A stretch of 64,000 nt of DNA from a virus (IMGVR_UViG_3300007511_000007:32001-96000); one strand, 5' to 3'. Positions 25,419-35,785 are shown, numbered from the stretch's first letter. Translations and numbers: made by a program. The notes: generated by a model from the letters alone, not told the origin.

Positions 25419-27274
25419 GCCCCCCTCCACGCTGATCTAGCCCTTTGAACGTCTACTCTTCGAGAATCATGGCTCCCGGTACGATGCAGCCGTTTGAAGT
25501 TCGAGCTTCTTGTGCCTGCTCGACGAGCCATTCCCTGTCCCTTTCCGGTACCTTTGGACATGTACTTGGGTTGGGTGATTCTCTGTGTAGCCAACCAGAT
25601 CATCCTCACCAGAGCGTCTGAACGGTCGTCGTGTTTCCCTTCAATGTTCGGAGCCTGAACCTTGGTGATGTGTTTGGAAACCCGTTCTTCCTGCAACTCT
25701 AACAACTCGGTGACATACCCACAGTGCGTTTCGCCATCGGCAATAGGCCAATCGTAGAGGACAACTCTACGATCCCACATCATGTCTTTGAAGGTCTTGA
25801 AGATTTCTGAGTTGATAATTGGCGTCAGTTGTTTGGTCTTCATCCCTTTGACACCACGTTTCATCAACGCCTGCTCAAAGGGGATTCCGGCCCACTGGTC
25901 AAACAATCCCTCTGCAACATAGAAGCGGGACGCATGTGCTTTGACCCAATCCGCAACCTCATCGAACTCCAGGCGATCCTGTTGAGCGTATTTGCCTTCC
26001 CCGGCTTTGATCTGATCCACAAGGTCAACCACCACAACCGGCCCCATCTCGGGGTCTTGCTCGATATGCCCAATTGCGATTGCTGAACCGTCTCCTTTCA
26101 ACCCAACGTCAATCCCCACGAAATGAGGTACCTTGGTGGGGCCTGATGTCTGGGGTCTGCGATCAGGGTCGATACATGCGATCAAGTCCCGCTCGTCCTC
26201 GATCCAACCCTTGGTTCGGTCGGTAAACTCGGCTCCGTATTCGGTGAAGAACTCGGTGGGGTCTTTGAGATACTGCTTCATGTACTCAGCTTTGGGAACC
26301 GTGGGGTTAATTTCCCAAGTTGGTGCCTGAATACACAGCATGTCTTCCGCTACCTCACCACCCCGCATCGCCATCTGGAACTGCTTGTAGAACAACCCCT
26401 GCCGCCCCATTGGGGATGAAATCAGGATCATGCGAGCTTCAACGTTCCCAATGGGGACTCTGGGATCGTCAGGGTCTTTAGGGGAGAACGCTGACAGAGA
26501 AGGCTTGATAGCTCCATAGACGGCATCCGCACTGGACTGCCCCGATTCTACAAAGTGGGCAACCTCATCCAAGATGACAACCAGGTTACCTGCACCTCGA
26601 AGCCCCTTGGCAACACAAGACTTGAACGTCACATTGATACTGGCCTTGGCCGCAGGGTCTTCGCTGTATCTCCCAAACCGATTAATGTCCTTTGGGGTCT
26701 GGAACTTCGCATAGGACATTGTGTTGTTGGCCGTGAACGTTTTGAAGAAACCACATTGACGGAAGTGGTTCGACACCCCCTGATAGAGCAACCCCGCCTG
26801 ATCCTTGTCCGTCGCTACAGACGTGATTTGGATCATATCCGAACCCGGGAGTCCGTAATATGCCTGCGGGTCTCCCTTGCTCAAGAGCTTGTACGTTTCG
26901 TAGGCTGCAATACAGGCAGAAATCAGAGTCTTCCCTGACCGTCTTCCCAATGACAAAACCATTTCCCGACGTTCATCCCCGGCGACTACTTGCCGGATAT
27001 TACATCGGCCTTCATCATACATGTGACGAAGGTAAGCTGCCTCCGTCATCATCTCGATATCTTCCAGCCTCCAATCGTCGGGGACCGGGACTATCTTCTC
27101 TTTCGTGTCGAGAGGCACCCCATAGTGAGCCTTCAGAATGACTCTTTGAGCGGGGAACAACTTGAAATTCAGCCCCCACCCGGATTCAATGAAAGTGATA
27201 ATGTCGACAATCTTTCGCCCTTGATCAGGGTTAATCCCACCACCAGCATGTTTGACCAGGTCACCAAGACTCAT
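25397..27274 (-). CDS. terL: Terminase large subunit (625 aa)
   Basis: Walker A GRRSGKT, Walker B VVILDE, ISSP coupling motif, nuclease GIDVG and HDDRSDA; start reassigned to the ATGA overlap at 27274. Confidence 0.92.
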   Translation of the reverse strand: MSLGDLVKHAGGGINPDQGRKIVDIITFIESGWGLNFKLFPAQRVILKAHYGVPLDTKEKIVPVPDDWRLEDIEMMTEAAYLRHMYDEGRCNIRQVVAGDERREMVLSLGRRSGKTLISACIAAYETYKLLSKGDPQAYYGLPGSDMIQITSVATDKDQAGLLYQGVSNHFRQCGFFKTFTANNTMSYAKFQTPKDINRFGRYSEDPAAKASINVTFKSCVAKGLRGAGNLVVILDEVAHFVESGQSSADAVYGAIKPSLSAFSPKDPDDPRVPIGNVEARMILISSPMGRQGLFYKQFQMAMRGGEVAEDMLCIQAPTWEINPTVPKAEYMKQYLKDPTEFFTEYGAEFTDRTKGWIEDERDLIACIDPDRRPQTSGPTKVPHFVGIDVGLKGDGSAIAIGHIEQDPEMGPVVVVDLVDQIKAGEGKYAQQDRLEFDEVADWVKAHASRFYVAEGLFDQWAGIPFEQALMKRGVKGMKTKQLTPIINSEIFKTFKDMMWDRRVVLYDWPIADGETHCGYVTELLELQEERVSKHITKVQAPNIEGKHDDRSDALVRMIWLATQRITQPKYMSKGTGKGQGMARRAGTRSSNFKRLHRTGSHDSRRVDVQRARSAWRGAWSRSRR

Positions 27275-27969
27275 GAGGGTACCCCCCGGATGGTATTCTT
27301 GATTTTGTTCTTGGCCTCTTGTTCCCAATGGGCATCCATCTTCTTGGAGAGGTTATCGAACACAAGATCAACCATCTCCGAAGGCAATCCGGATTCTCGC
27401 ATAGCGTATTGGAACGTCTGCATGATATGGGAAAAGAGTGTCTTGAAAGCGGGGCTGTCGAACTCCAGGGTTGACGAATCGATCTCTTTCTTCTTCTTGA
27501 GCCACGTTTCCCCAATCGTGCGCAGAGCTTTCAGCCGACGGCTAGAAAACCCCGAAGTGCTGTCCCCCTCTCTTTCGGCCACACTCTTGTCATAGTCCAG
27601 GGACGCCGCCTCCTTAGCCATCTCCTTGAGGATGTGGTCAAGAATGTCGGTCGAGTCAGGATTCTTCCCCATGGCTGTTACGATTGGATCATTCACGACG
27701 ACGGATTCTCGTTGTCGCACCCATTCTGCCACTTCCGGATTTTTGGGGTCGGGCAAAGACACTTTCGGTTTACCGACACCCCCCTTACGGCCGGGGAGAT
27801 TCTTCATCACGATGGGTTCACCGGATTTCTTGGTCACTATCGTATCGGTTGTCTTTACCTCATCTCGATTCCGCCACCGAAGATTGCCGTCTTTATCCGT
27901 TACTTTTACTCGGAGAGCGTCCTTGGGGAGTTTGGCCGCAATCGCTTTCGCGTTTTGTTTACCCGACAT
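27271..27969 (-). CDS. Hypothetical protein, candidate terminase small subunit (232 aa)
   Basis: Helical protein coupled directly upstream of terL; call is positional only. Confidence 0.45.
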   Translation of the reverse strand: MSGKQNAKAIAAKLPKDALRVKVTDKDGNLRWRNRDEVKTTDTIVTKKSGEPIVMKNLPGRKGGVGKPKVSLPDPKNPEVAEWVRQRESVVVNDPIVTAMGKNPDSTDILDHILKEMAKEAASLDYDKSVAEREGDSTSGFSSRRLKALRTIGETWLKKKKEIDSSTLEFDSPAFKTLFSHIMQTFQYAMRESGLPSEMVDLVFDNLSKKMDAHWEQEAKNKIKNTIRGVPS

Positions 27970-28041
27970 AATAACCTCACGGCTCCATAATACCGCTCAA
28001 AAACAGCATTTTTATAAGGTATTTAGTGTGATCCGAGACGA

Positions 28042-28611
28042 TCAGGTATGGATTGCAGGGCCAATCGTGGGGGCACCAACAGTCAAGAATCCAGTCGTAG
28101 GAGCTAACACGAAGTTGGTCTTTGTCCCCAGATGTTCCACGGTGAACGGAACTAAACCACCCCCTGGTCCCATTGGACCAGTGATGTTGATCACCCCCAA
28201 TCCAGCATCCGTTCCGGTGAAACCGGGGAGATTGTTGAGCATTGTTGCCAAAGCTGCAGCCACATTCAAGAGAGTCGGATTCGGGTACGCCGCTAATGCC
28301 ATGATGGGTGGGGCTGTGGCGACCTCAAACTGAATATCTCCAAGGGTGAGGTAAACAAACCCGGTACCAAGCTCACAATTCCCTGCCCCATCCGTGTTCT
28401 GTACGGTGAGAGTTCCGGTGGAGACTGCGGCTGCCCCAGTGGACATCCCCTGAACATTGATACCATCCGAAAACTCGAATACCTGATCCTGAACAGCATT
28501 TCGCCAACTACCGCTACTATGGGGGTGTGCTTGTCCTTTACCGGGATCACCACCAAATTGTCCCGTGCCCACGAGCTTCCGAAACGGCGGTTTGTTCTTT
28601 ACGGTTTTCAT
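28042..28611 (-). CDS. Putative virion structural protein (189 aa, G/T-rich)
   Basis: Start MKTVKN at the ATGA overlap; composition typical of beta-rich structural proteins. Confidence 0.6.
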   Translation of the reverse strand: MKTVKNKPPFRKLVGTGQFGGDPGKGQAHPHSSGSWRNAVQDQVFEFSDGINVQGMSTGAAAVSTGTLTVQNTDGAGNCELGTGFVYLTLGDIQFEVATAPPIMALAAYPNPTLLNVAAALATMLNNLPGFTGTDAGLGVINITGPMGPGGGLVPFTVEHLGTKTNFVLAPTTGFLTVGAPTIGPAIHT

Positions 28612-29507
28612 TTCTGCCACTCCCCCAAACTGAACCACAGGGATTCCAGATCAGCATCTGCTGTCCGACCCCCCTGGAAATGATGCAGAGCATCTCGGAA
28701 TGACGTGAAGAATGCCGAAATCATGCTGTTCGGGCCTTCCACGAACTTGAACTCTCTCGTGTAACTGCCAAAGAGCATATTACGAAGGAACACCTTCAGT
28801 CTCTTTGCCCACGGCGCATTGACCTTGGGTACCGTCTTCATGAATTTCTCAAGATTCTCTTTTGTGGGTGGCGAATAGGTCAGAGCATCCAAGCGTTTGA
28901 CCGTGGAATCCCACTTCGGGTTGTCCTTCAACCACTGGATAACCGCCTTTTCCCAAACCTGAGATTCTCGCTTGAACAGAATAGCCCCGGTCTTCAAGAG
29001 AGGTTCTTCAAAATTCGCCCAACGCTGTGGACTCCCCGCACTATGCCACGCCCTTTCCCACGCAACGTCCTTATGCGCCCGCTGTTGCAACAAGTACAAG
29101 CTTTCATCGTGTTGGCTCACAAGGTCTTCGAGAAACACTTTCCACCCGGTCGGCATCTCATCAACGATCCTGCCTTTCACCATGTCCACAAAGACCAACT
29201 CGGCCTTGAGAGCACGTTCTACAGGATCAGGGATGTCCCAAAAGATCTTAAGATAGTCCGTCATCCTTTTTGCTGAATCAGGGCCGTCTACAGTTTGCCA
29301 TCCAAAAAGCCCGACAATCCGTTCTGCCAGCCCGTCGATCTGGGCATCTGCCGCCTCATAAAGCCGTTGAAACAAGAGATGATCCTGATAGAAGAATTTG
29401 CCTCTCGCCTGCCAATGGGAGGTTTGATACATCCATGAGAGCGTTCTCAGCAACCCGAGAATAAGGGCTGCGTCTCTTCTCTCAGGTTCTTTGAACGCCA
29501 GTTTCAT
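28608..29507 (-). CDS. Dps/ferritin-like domain fused to an unknown C-terminal domain (299 aa)
   Basis: Dps-type signature SHWQARG..FYQDHLLFQRLYE...IDGLAERI. Confidence 0.8.
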   Translation of the reverse strand: MKLAFKEPERRDAALILGLLRTLSWMYQTSHWQARGKFFYQDHLLFQRLYEAADAQIDGLAERIVGLFGWQTVDGPDSAKRMTDYLKIFWDIPDPVERALKAELVFVDMVKGRIVDEMPTGWKVFLEDLVSQHDESLYLLQQRAHKDVAWERAWHSAGSPQRWANFEEPLLKTGAILFKRESQVWEKAVIQWLKDNPKWDSTVKRLDALTYSPPTKENLEKFMKTVPKVNAPWAKRLKVFLRNMLFGSYTREFKFVEGPNSMISAFFTSFRDALHHFQGGRTADADLESLWFSLGEWQK

Positions 29508-31966
29508 ATCTCGAAGCCCCCACCAAAGAAGATGTCCCCGATGTCTCCGAAGTCAGGATCATCACTCAATTTGATATTATCCGTAGCAGAACCGAGATCG
29601 AACTCAGCGGGGTCATGTGCTGGGGCGAAAAGGCTCGCCGTCATCTCAGCATCACCTGCTCCTGCGGCTTTGATGTTGGCCTGTTTCACTTTCTCGATTG
29701 CCGCCCCGTCCCCGCTCTCTGCTGCTATCAATGTCTTGTTGTACTTCTGACAAACTTGGGCTTCAATGGGCTGGTCGTCTGCCCCGGTGATCAATTTGGC
29801 ATTGGCGAACTTGCAGGCATGGCAACGCTCCATCTCCAGAAGCATCGGGATACCATTGACCCGATGTTTTGACGCCCCTTTGTCACAACCCTTGGTGCCT
29901 GTCTTGCTCGCATACACATGCGGGTCAACATAAAGGAATCCAGCAGCCCCCTCATGCGCCTTCCGCAGGGTGCTGATGGCCTCTTGTGCGGCCAAACGGA
30001 CATCGCTGGTAAGGCGCATCTTGATGAGGTCATCCAGATCCTTCCCAGCGGAACCCTCATTCATAGCTTTGGCTACCCACAGCAATGACGCTCGCAATTT
30101 CTTCGGCTGTGCGTTGATCCATTCCGACACTTCCTGTACGGAAGCGGTTTTCTTGGCAGCTACTTGCTTGCGCTGAGGCACTGCAGCCTCAAACCTGTGT
30201 CCTTTGTAGTCTTCTGTCTGAGCCGCATTTTTCAGACTGGCCACTACCTGCCGCCCCAGCTTGAGTGCTTCATCCACTACCGCTGCGGGGGAACGTCCCC
30301 CTTCTTTGTACAGTTGTTTCCGCAATTCAGGGGTGATCATCACACCATTGGATTCAATGGACTCTGTGAGAAGGCGTTTTACAGCTTGAGATTGTTTGTG
30401 GTACCAGTCGAGAAACTCAGAGTTCTGCTTGATTGCAGCCCCCTTGGGACTCCGATAGGCATTCGCCTTGTAATTGCCCCCGACATATTCCTTCGTCTCC
30501 GTAGCCTGAACCCCTTTCTTCCTTACCGCCGTCAAAGCCAGCACCATCGCTTCCCGAGGGGACTTACCCAAGGAAAAGATGCGATTGACTTCAGTGGCCG
30601 AAAGCACCCCGGCTGAGACATATTTCTTTTCGAGGTATTCACGAGCTTGTTTGTTCTGTGCCGCCCACATCTCCTGAGTCTCCATTGCGGTCTTGGACTC
30701 AGCCCGGGACAAGAGTTCCCATGCATTGCGGGTTTCCCGTTCGTCCGGGGCAGCAGCAATAAACGAGACCCCGATTCCATCATACTCTTTGCTGGGTGCC
30801 GTCGCCGCAACAAGTTTGGTCGCCGCTTTGAGGACATCAGCAGGGGGAGCCGTGGATTGGAACAGACGTTTGGCGGCTTCCTGGCTCAAAAGCCCGGCCC
30901 GCATCTTCTGTGCAATCCAGCCATGCGCTTTCTTACGCTGACCTTTGATGACCCTTTGCCCGACACTCACTTGCTGGCGAGGCTCGGGAGTTGCCGCTGC
31001 GAATTGCTTCTGAGCTTCCTCAGAAGTCACGGTATCAACAGCCTTCACCTCAACCGGCTTGAAACTGTCCTTTGCTGCCGACTCACCCGGGCCAGCGAGA
31101 AATGCTTTTTTCAAAATCTCAGGCGGGGCCAGATCCCCGTCTTCGGTGAGCACATAACCCAAAGACTGGAGCTTGGGGCCGTAGTGGGCCATCGCTTCGT
31201 CCCACGGCATCACTACCACAGCTTCCTTGCCCACGACCCCCCCGACGGGGCTTCCTTCTTCCGCAATGATGTACTTGGCACTCCCGCACTTCTTACGGAT
31301 TATTTCCTTCCATTTCCCATTCTTCAGCCCGGGAAAAGCTGCTGCTCGAATGAAGACCTTACCTGCCAGCCCGTGCTCATTCACGAGCCTCCTCATTGTT
31401 TGGGCGATCCTGGGGAAGTCGGGGCCAAGTTCCTCGCGGGCTTCTTTGATGATCTCCGCAATCGGGTACCCATAAGCTGATTTCCGCATCGCCCGCTGGA
31501 CGACTCGAAGCAGATCTTCCGTACTAGCCTTCTTCGCCGTGGGTGTCGAGGCGTGGCTTTCCTTGTAGGGCAAACGTTGGTTGACCCCATCTGTTCTATG
31601 CTCAACGCCCCATGCTTGCTCCAACTCTTCAATCCCTTTGTCCACGGGGTTTACCGGAAGTCGATCTGGATCTTGCTCACCATGCAACCAGCCCAGCCCG
31701 GCAAGGCTGCCCTCTTTCATCAGTTGATCCAAATCCCCGATCTGATGGCTCGCAGACTGACTGTCTACATCCCCTTCGGGAACGGCATCTACAACCAGAC
31801 CGTCAGGAAGATCTGCCAACCCGTGTACTTCAGGCAGTCTCGCATTGTCCAGGACGCCGCTTCCATACTCCGTGTCGAATTGAAATCCGTCCAGACCGTA
31901 ATTGTACCCATCGGTCATGGTGAAATCATCAGACGGCATGTTGGATTTCGATTTCTTATCAGTCAT
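29504..31966 (-). CDS. Large hypothetical virion protein (820 aa) with C-terminal Cys cluster
   Basis: Long ORF; KKA/KTA sites; C...CHAC...C. Confidence 0.8.
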   Translation of the reverse strand: MTDKKSKSNMPSDDFTMTDGYNYGLDGFQFDTEYGSGVLDNARLPEVHGLADLPDGLVVDAVPEGDVDSQSASHQIGDLDQLMKEGSLAGLGWLHGEQDPDRLPVNPVDKGIEELEQAWGVEHRTDGVNQRLPYKESHASTPTAKKASTEDLLRVVQRAMRKSAYGYPIAEIIKEAREELGPDFPRIAQTMRRLVNEHGLAGKVFIRAAAFPGLKNGKWKEIIRKKCGSAKYIIAEEGSPVGGVVGKEAVVVMPWDEAMAHYGPKLQSLGYVLTEDGDLAPPEILKKAFLAGPGESAAKDSFKPVEVKAVDTVTSEEAQKQFAAATPEPRQQVSVGQRVIKGQRKKAHGWIAQKMRAGLLSQEAAKRLFQSTAPPADVLKAATKLVAATAPSKEYDGIGVSFIAAAPDERETRNAWELLSRAESKTAMETQEMWAAQNKQAREYLEKKYVSAGVLSATEVNRIFSLGKSPREAMVLALTAVRKKGVQATETKEYVGGNYKANAYRSPKGAAIKQNSEFLDWYHKQSQAVKRLLTESIESNGVMITPELRKQLYKEGGRSPAAVVDEALKLGRQVVASLKNAAQTEDYKGHRFEAAVPQRKQVAAKKTASVQEVSEWINAQPKKLRASLLWVAKAMNEGSAGKDLDDLIKMRLTSDVRLAAQEAISTLRKAHEGAAGFLYVDPHVYASKTGTKGCDKGASKHRVNGIPMLLEMERCHACKFANAKLITGADDQPIEAQVCQKYNKTLIAAESGDGAAIEKVKQANIKAAGAGDAEMTASLFAPAHDPAEFDLGSATDNIKLSDDPDFGDIGDIFFGGGFEI

Positions 31967-32780
31967 GGATTTCTCCTAATGCTCGCCGTGCAGCAACCCT
32001 ACGGGCAAGGTGTCTCTCTTTTTCCCGCAGCTTATCCAACCCTGTCTTCCCGAGAAGCTCACCTACGATCTTTTTATGAAGCAGAACCTGTCTCTTGTCC
32101 CCGATCAGGATAGTCCCCCTGCCAGTCTGGAACCCTAAGATGTTCCAGTACGATTCTAGTTCCTTCTTGTTCATCCGGGACAATTGTTTCCTAACGGACT
32201 TCTCATCCAAAGAATTGCTGGCTGTCTTCTTGGTGCCGTGTTCTTCGTCCATCTCCTCTTCTTCTTCCTCAGCCCAACCCTCAGGATCAGAACGGATATC
32301 CTCAGCGTCCTCAACGATATCCTTGACTTCCTGTTTCTCCTCGGGGGTTTCCTGACGGGAGATCGCAGCCCAGTGGGGAGCTTGCACTTCATCGTAAAGG
32401 GTGTCCGAGATTGCAGACAACGCCTCTATAACATTCATGAACTGGCGACGCATGTGCGTGATCTTCATCACATAACCCTTGCCGCCTAAGGAACCGTCGG
32501 GAGAGATTTTGGCCGATTTGAGTTTAGCAAAAGTGCTGTAAGCTGACATCGCATGTCCCAAAGCAGCAGAGCCTGAGCGTAAAACCTGAGCCACGGGTTT
32601 CATGTGCTTGGGGTTGAAGGCGTACTCAGGAGTAATCTGTCGTTCTGTCGCCCCGGTGTCCCCAAATGCCCATTCGTTGCCGTCGTCACTCTTATCTTTG
32701 ATGAACCGGACTTCACCTGCGGTTTTGAGATTTTTCCCCTTCAAGAACCGCTCTGAAACCCGTTTTTTGAGATCGCTCAT
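31959..32780 (-). CDS. Hypothetical virion protein (273 aa) with N-terminal RVSERFL...KTA leader
   Basis: Start reassigned to MSDLKK 32780, downstream of the late promoter motif. Confidence 0.8.
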   Translation of the reverse strand: MSDLKKRVSERFLKGKNLKTAGEVRFIKDKSDDGNEWAFGDTGATERQITPEYAFNPKHMKPVAQVLRSGSAALGHAMSAYSTFAKLKSAKISPDGSLGGKGYVMKITHMRRQFMNVIEALSAISDTLYDEVQAPHWAAISRQETPEEKQEVKDIVEDAEDIRSDPEGWAEEEEEEMDEEHGTKKTASNSLDEKSVRKQLSRMNKKELESYWNILGFQTGRGTILIGDKRQVLLHKKIVGELLGKTGLDKLREKERHLARRVAARRALGEIHD

Positions 32781-32805
32781 ATTGACACACCGCCCATAGT
32801 CAATC

Positions 32806-32833
32806 CTATTCATTCCATACTATAGAGGGATTA
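32806..32833 (-). promoter_or_regulatory. Putative phage late promoter TAAT-CCCT-CTATA-N11-ATAG
   Basis: Shares a 12-nt identical core (TAATCCCTCTAT) with the copy at 39675-39703. Confidence 0.55.
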
Positions 32834-32839
32834 ACCGCC

Positions 32840-33685
32840 CTAGAATGCTGCCACCTGTTCAGGACGGGCTTCGACCCCCATCGCTTCCCAGTTCACAATG
32901 AACCCCTTTTTAGGAACCCATTCAAGGTAGTGGTTCTTGACTAACCAGATGAGTCGGAGAGCAATCGTAACGGGGAGAGCACCATAACCCAACCCAAACG
33001 CCGCGGCAATGAAACCTACCCCCGACTCGGGCAATGAAGCGAAAAGTTCCCCGAGAGAGATTGATCCCGTGAACCCGGCAATGAGTCCTTCGATGTCCCA
33101 CGAAATTTCCGCAACATTGAACCACACCCAGGCGAAGATGAATGCCAAGAGTGGCTTCTGGAGAGTCGGGAGATGCTTCTTCAGCATACGGTCGAGCGGA
33201 TCAACAACGTTGGTTTTCACTTTGGCCAGGAGAGCTTTCATTTTGGGGGACACTTTGATAATACGAGACATCAAATCAGTCAGCCCAGGCATCTTCTTTT
33301 TCGAGACGAAGAAGATACAAAGAGGGAAAACCTCAACGATCTTCCGCATAACTTTGCCGAGGGCCTTCTTTCCCCGCTTCGCCCATTCCTTGATCTTCTT
33401 CGGGATTTCGGTGATTTTCTCAACCCCAAGGAGAGCCTTGAACTTCGTCCAGAGTCTCGGAGCCTGCCGGAACAAGTTAAGCAGTTTCTTCAGTCGCCTG
33501 ACCAAGCCTCCGAAAGCGACTCTCCCCTCATGCGTCAAGAGAACTTCGCCCAACGCCGCCAATACCTCGGGTGTCAGATCGTCAAGGGCTGCTGTCCGGT
33601 GGAGGAAACTCTCCTCGTAGTACACCTCTCTCGCAGCTTTCAGGATGAGGTAACGATCTGAGACTGTGGCGACAGTGGTTTTCAT
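32840..33685 (-). CDS. Hypothetical protein with N-terminal tag and hydrophobic C-terminal segments (281 aa)
   Basis: TVSDRYL tag; LLAFIFAWVWF and GVGFIAAAFGLGYGALPVTIAL segments. Confidence 0.75.
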   Translation of the reverse strand: MKTTVATVSDRYLILKAAREVYYEESFLHRTAALDDLTPEVLAALGEVLLTHEGRVAFGGLVRRLKKLLNLFRQAPRLWTKFKALLGVEKITEIPKKIKEWAKRGKKALGKVMRKIVEVFPLCIFFVSKKKMPGLTDLMSRIIKVSPKMKALLAKVKTNVVDPLDRMLKKHLPTLQKPLLAFIFAWVWFNVAEISWDIEGLIAGFTGSISLGELFASLPESGVGFIAAAFGLGYGALPVTIALRLIWLVKNHYLEWVPKKGFIVNWEAMGVEARPEQVAAF

Positions 33686-34407
33686 TTTGATTCTTCGAGA
33701 TACCTTTTTGCCACGTTTCCTGCGAGTAGCCTCGGCCCCATGCCCAATTCTCTCTCAGGTTTCTCCCACCAGTCTTCCCGTTCCAGAATATCGATCCAGA
33801 AGGCAGGGTTCCCCATTGTTTTCTTGGCTTCCTTTTGGTACTTGGCGATAGACAGAAAGAATTTGATAAGACTCTTTTTGGGTTTCAAGAATTGGGCAGC
33901 ATTGTCGTGCAGCCACTGCACTCCAGCCCGCCGCAGCTTTTGTTCACTCCGTAAGCGTGAGACTAGGAGAAATTTCTTCAAAGCATCACTGATCGCCCTC
34001 ATATCCAGATCGGCAATATCAGTAACATAGCGGTATTCTGGTGCCGCCGATTCCCCGGTAAGACGCATCTTCAATCCCGAGTCCCGTAATACCTGAAGCT
34101 CAAAAACACGTTCATTCTCCCTGTCGACCTCGTATTCGACATCCTCATAAGCTGAGAGATCGAAATCGGCCTTAATGCTCGCCACCGGAACCCCGTAATG
34201 GGCAGCAACTGCGGCGAGCATCTTTCGGTAAGGGACTGTCGGGAAAATGACCTTCTTGGAGAGGGGGGATTTCCCCCTCTTTCGCAGCTTCATCTTATCG
34301 GCAAGGACTTCGGAAGCCGTATTCGAATAGAAGTAATGGTGGGGATTCTGCTCCAAAGAACGAAGTAGACTCTCAGAGATCGGTGTCACCACTGCTGGAT
34401 CAGCCAT
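33682..34407 (-). CDS. Hypothetical protein with C-terminal NVAKRYL tag (241 aa)
   Basis: ORF with GGAGGAG RBS. Confidence 0.75.
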   Translation of the reverse strand: MADPAVVTPISESLLRSLEQNPHHYFYSNTASEVLADKMKLRKRGKSPLSKKVIFPTVPYRKMLAAVAAHYGVPVASIKADFDLSAYEDVEYEVDRENERVFELQVLRDSGLKMRLTGESAAPEYRYVTDIADLDMRAISDALKKFLLVSRLRSEQKLRRAGVQWLHDNAAQFLKPKKSLIKFFLSIAKYQKEAKKTMGNPAFWIDILEREDWWEKPERELGMGPRLLAGNVAKRYLEESK

Positions 34408-34419
34408 CTTGTTCTCCTC

Positions 34420-34803
34420 CTACTTCTTCAACAAGGGGACAAGGTGCTTCCTCAACTCGGGCTTCTCTTGCGCCAACTTCTGAACCGCTTCCCGCAAATC
34501 AGAATCCGTGGAAGCGAACATCCCCGAGGGCAATTTGATCCCGACTGCATTTGCGGCCTTGAACACGTTATTACGGAGCAATGAAATGTCCCACTTCTTA
34601 GCGTACTGGACGATCCCTTGCAACCGACTCAAAGCGTGTTCTGCCCCTGAACTCAAATCGAGTTCCTTGGAAATCTTGTCAAAGGTGGCATTTAACAATT
34701 CTGCCGACTGCTTGTCTTCTTTCTCGATCACTCGATAGGCATCAAAGAACTTCCGCCGCCCCCCAAGTAACTCCCACAAAATGTCCATGCCTGAATTTGC
34801 CAT
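34420..34803 (-). CDS. Hypothetical protein with C-terminal LREAVQKLAQEKPELRKHLVPLL motif (127 aa)
   Basis: ORF with GGGGAG RBS. Confidence 0.75.
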   Translation of the reverse strand: MANSGMDILWELLGGRRKFFDAYRVIEKEDKQSAELLNATFDKISKELDLSSGAEHALSRLQGIVQYAKKWDISLLRNNVFKAANAVGIKLPSGMFASTDSDLREAVQKLAQEKPELRKHLVPLLKK

Positions 34804-34815
34804 CGTTATTCTCCC

Positions 34816-35409
34816 CTACACCTTGAGAGGTGCGCCCGTGTCATCGAAGAGACGTTCCAGAACGTAGTCCTCTCCATCCTTCTGGAAAGACCACAGGTCT
34901 TGGGTGGCCTTGTGTACCAAGTCCTCCTCACTGGTCTTATCAAAGAACTGTGAAATGTCCCCGAGGTTGCTGGTAACAATTCTGAAGTTACTGGCGGTCT
35001 TCATTGTGCTCGGGGCAAGCCTGAGATGCTCCGGGTGCATCGTCCTGAATTCCCCGTCATCCCAGCTTACAAAAACTCGGCCATTGAAATGCGTGGTATC
35101 GCCATCTGCGGTACGAACCGCCACAATGGTGCCTAACACATGAGGCTCGGGCACATTGTCATAAGTCAGCAGGGAACCAACGTTCGAGGTAAAGGACACT
35201 CTGGTACCCGCAACAGCATCAAGAGACAATGCATTGGCGGCCCTGGCCTGATCGGTAAGATCTCGCAACGAAGTTGAATGGCTCCCCTCAAGTTGCCTCC
35301 CATCCATGCGAGTTTCCTGCGCCTCAGCCAAATGCTCCGTGAAGGTGTCGCCCCCGGTAGGAACAAAAGACCCGGTGATAAATTGATCCCAGTATTCGTC
35401 GTGGCTCAT
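34816..35409 (-). CDS. Hypothetical virion protein (197 aa)
   Basis: Start reassigned to MSHDEY 35409; internal MKTAS. Confidence 0.7.
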   Translation of the reverse strand: MSHDEYWDQFITGSFVPTGGDTFTEHLAEAQETRMDGRQLEGSHSTSLRDLTDQARAANALSLDAVAGTRVSFTSNVGSLLTYDNVPEPHVLGTIVAVRTADGDTTHFNGRVFVSWDDGEFRTMHPEHLRLAPSTMKTASNFRIVTSNLGDISQFFDKTSEEDLVHKATQDLWSFQKDGEDYVLERLFDDTGAPLKV

Positions 35410-35410
35410 G

Positions 35411-35785
35411 TTAATGCCCCCATCCTGCTGCTGTTTGCGACTTCGGTTTGCCATCCCACGGATACGCCGAAGCGTAACTAGCGATGTTGAGATATGGCTC
35501 GTCTCGATACACCTTCGGGAATTTTCGCAGAGCTTTTCCAACGAACTTGCCTTTCACGGGGACGACATAATCAGCCCCTCGTACTTCTCTCACGACCTTA
35601 TTGGCCACTTTGCGGATAGCAATCGATTTGGCTCCGACCTTCACCACCTGATAGTAGTCGATGTTTGTCTGATTGTATCCAAAACTGGCGACAAAAATGT
35701 CTCCGACCTGAATCATCTTGATAGCTTCCGTGGGAGCATTACTCAGCAACCACCTTCTAGCCACTCTCTGAAACTGGTTATTCAT
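35411..35785 (-). CDS. Hypothetical protein with N-terminal RVARRWL tag (124 aa)
   Basis: ATGA-coupled start; SH3/KOW-like VGDIFVASFGYNQTNIDYYQV segment. Confidence 0.75.
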   Translation of the reverse strand: MNNQFQRVARRWLLSNAPTEAIKMIQVGDIFVASFGYNQTNIDYYQVVKVGAKSIAIRKVANKVVREVRGADYVVPVKGKFVGKALRKFPKVYRDEPYLNIASYASAYPWDGKPKSQTAAGWGH

